DNA of 44,171 nucleotides from an uncultured Anaerolineaceae bacterium (lineage in GTDB: Bacteria; Chloroflexota; Dehalococcoidia; Tepidiformales; Tepidiformaceae): positions 1 to 44,171 of the forward strand of contig CAZQCR010000001.1 in NCBI GenBank assembly GCA_964591745.1, given 5' to 3'. Each line of letters begins with the position of its first letter. Positions within the stretch are counted from its first letter, which is position 1. The notes beneath the pieces were generated by a model that saw only the letters and a program-made list of their open reading frames with translations, was not told where the DNA came from and did not search any database. Both the position numbers and the translations under genes were made by a program. This document shows, in pieces, positions 43,334 to 44,171 of this stretch.

Positions 43334-44171
43334 CTACTTCGCGACCGGTGGCTGTGGATTGACGACGCCCGCGCCCAGCGTCGTGCCGAACAGCCGGTCG
43401 AGAATATCCACCGTGAACCCGCCTGCGTGGTAGATGGTCCGCTCCCGGCTCGGCTGGGACATCAGGCTGATCTCGTTGCCGCCCACCAGGAAATCCCGGC
43501 CGTTGATGTTGGCGGCCTTGTCGGTGCAGAGGAACACCACCAGCGGCGCGATCATCTCTGGCGCCAGCTGCGTCATCATCCCGAGCGCTTCCTGGGCCGC
43601 ACTGTCCTGTTCGGCAACGGCGCCGGCGGCCAACGCGGCTTCCCGCCTCTTCCGCGCTTCTTCCATCTCCGGGCTCTGCGTAAGGCGTGTCGCCGCACGT
43701 GGGCGAAGCGCGTTCGCCGTCACGCCGTAGCGGCCGAGGTCCAGCGCCAGCGTCCGCGTCAGGCCGACAATGCCCTCCTTGGCCGCCGCGTAGTTCCCCT
43801 GCCCCATGTTCCCGAGTCCGGATTCAGAGGACGTGTTCACAATCCTGCCGCTCCGCTGCTGGCGGAACACCATCGAGGCGGGCCGCGTCACCGTGAAGTG
43901 TCCCTTCAGGTGGACGGCGATGACGGAGTCCCACTCGCCTTCGGTCATGTTGAAAATCATCCGGTCCCGCAGGATCCCCGCATTGTTCACCAGGATGTCG
44001 AGCCGGCCAAACGCGTCCAGCGCCTGCTTCACCATCGCCTCGCCATCATCCATCGAGGCCACGTTCCCATAATTGGCGACAGCGTCGCCGCCCATCTTTT
44101 TGATCTCGGCGACCACCAGGTCTGCCGGGCTGGCGTCGCCGCCCTCCCCGGCTGCCGAGCCACCGAAGTCG
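43334..44171 (-). CDS. short-chain dehydrogenase/reductase (N-terminus lies beyond the window edge)
   Basis: NNAGILRD, the catalytic Y-x3-K in NYAAAKEG, and NTSSESG. The reading frame stays open upstream of the track Met (..DFGGSAAGEGGDASPADLVVAEIKK..) to the window end. Confidence 0.88.
   Translation of the reverse strand, partial: DFGGSAAGEGGDASPADLVVAEIKKMGGDAVANYGNVASMDDGEAMVKQALDAFGRLDILVNNAGILRDRMIFNMTEGEWDSVIAVHLKGHFTVTRPASMVFRQQRSGRIVNTSSESGLGNMGQGNYAAAKEGIVGLTRTLALDLGRYGVTANALRPRAATRLTQSPEMEEARKRREAALAAGAVAEQDSAAQEALGMMTQLAPEMIAPLVVFLCTDKAANINGRDFLVGGNEISLMSQPSRERTIYHAGGFTVDILDRLFGTTLGAGVVNPQPPVAK

Overview
This is a densely coding, high-GC (by eye about two-thirds G+C) bacterial chromosomal window. 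I found no rRNA, tRNA, CRISPR array, transposase or integrase.

Gene content, left to right:
- 1-3.1 kb, minus strand: an accessory-looking string of YihY membrane protein, a DUF3524/GTDC1-like glycosyltransferase, a HicB-like gene, a small HAD phosphatase and a hypothetical protein.
- 3.2-8.2 kb: a C3/C4-node cluster with pckA and a split carboxyltransferase plus biotin carrier. The two cistrons are separated by a striking heptanucleotide tandem-repeat spacer.
- 8.4-12.8 kb: housekeeping genes (DUF1385, rpmE, rpmA, rplU, ftsH).
- 13-14.5 kb: F420 genes (npdG, cofE).
- 14.5-22.1 kb: VapBC, a PKD/Pro-Thr-linker polytopic membrane protein, an overlapping cocE-like/dut/crcB operon, rplS and a DHA2-type MFS pump.
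- 22.1-34.6 kb: a long minus-strand block. A SAM-I-clan riboswitch with terminator precedes metK, which is tightly coupled to three hexose-phosphate/NDP-sugar genes. A MazEF module follows, then a SAM by-product salvage cluster (ahcY, GNAT, PfkB kinase, mtnP, mtnA, marR, apt).
- 35.9-43.2 kb: a late flagellar locus with two tandem flagellin paralogues, flaG, an expanded fliD, fliS, a small FliT-position ORF, an embedded sortase and flgM.
- Right edge: a partial SDR gene.

F420 genes, a sortase and the gene order suggest a monoderm high-GC lineage (Chloroflexota/Thermomicrobia-like or actinobacterial-like). That is inference only.

I did not find a convincing multi-gene novel defence-type system. 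The most unusual items are:
- the inverted heptamer-repeat arrays in the intercistronic spacer at 6604-6726;
- a full-length bacterial homologue of the eukaryotic tRNA-queuosine mannosyltransferase family;
- the minimal SAM riboswitch apparently governing metK together with mannose-activation genes;
- the sortase inside the flagellar late operon.

CDS coordinates come from the supplied ORF track, with starts re-evaluated by me. Coordinates of hairpins and motifs were counted by hand and may be off by 1-2 nt.
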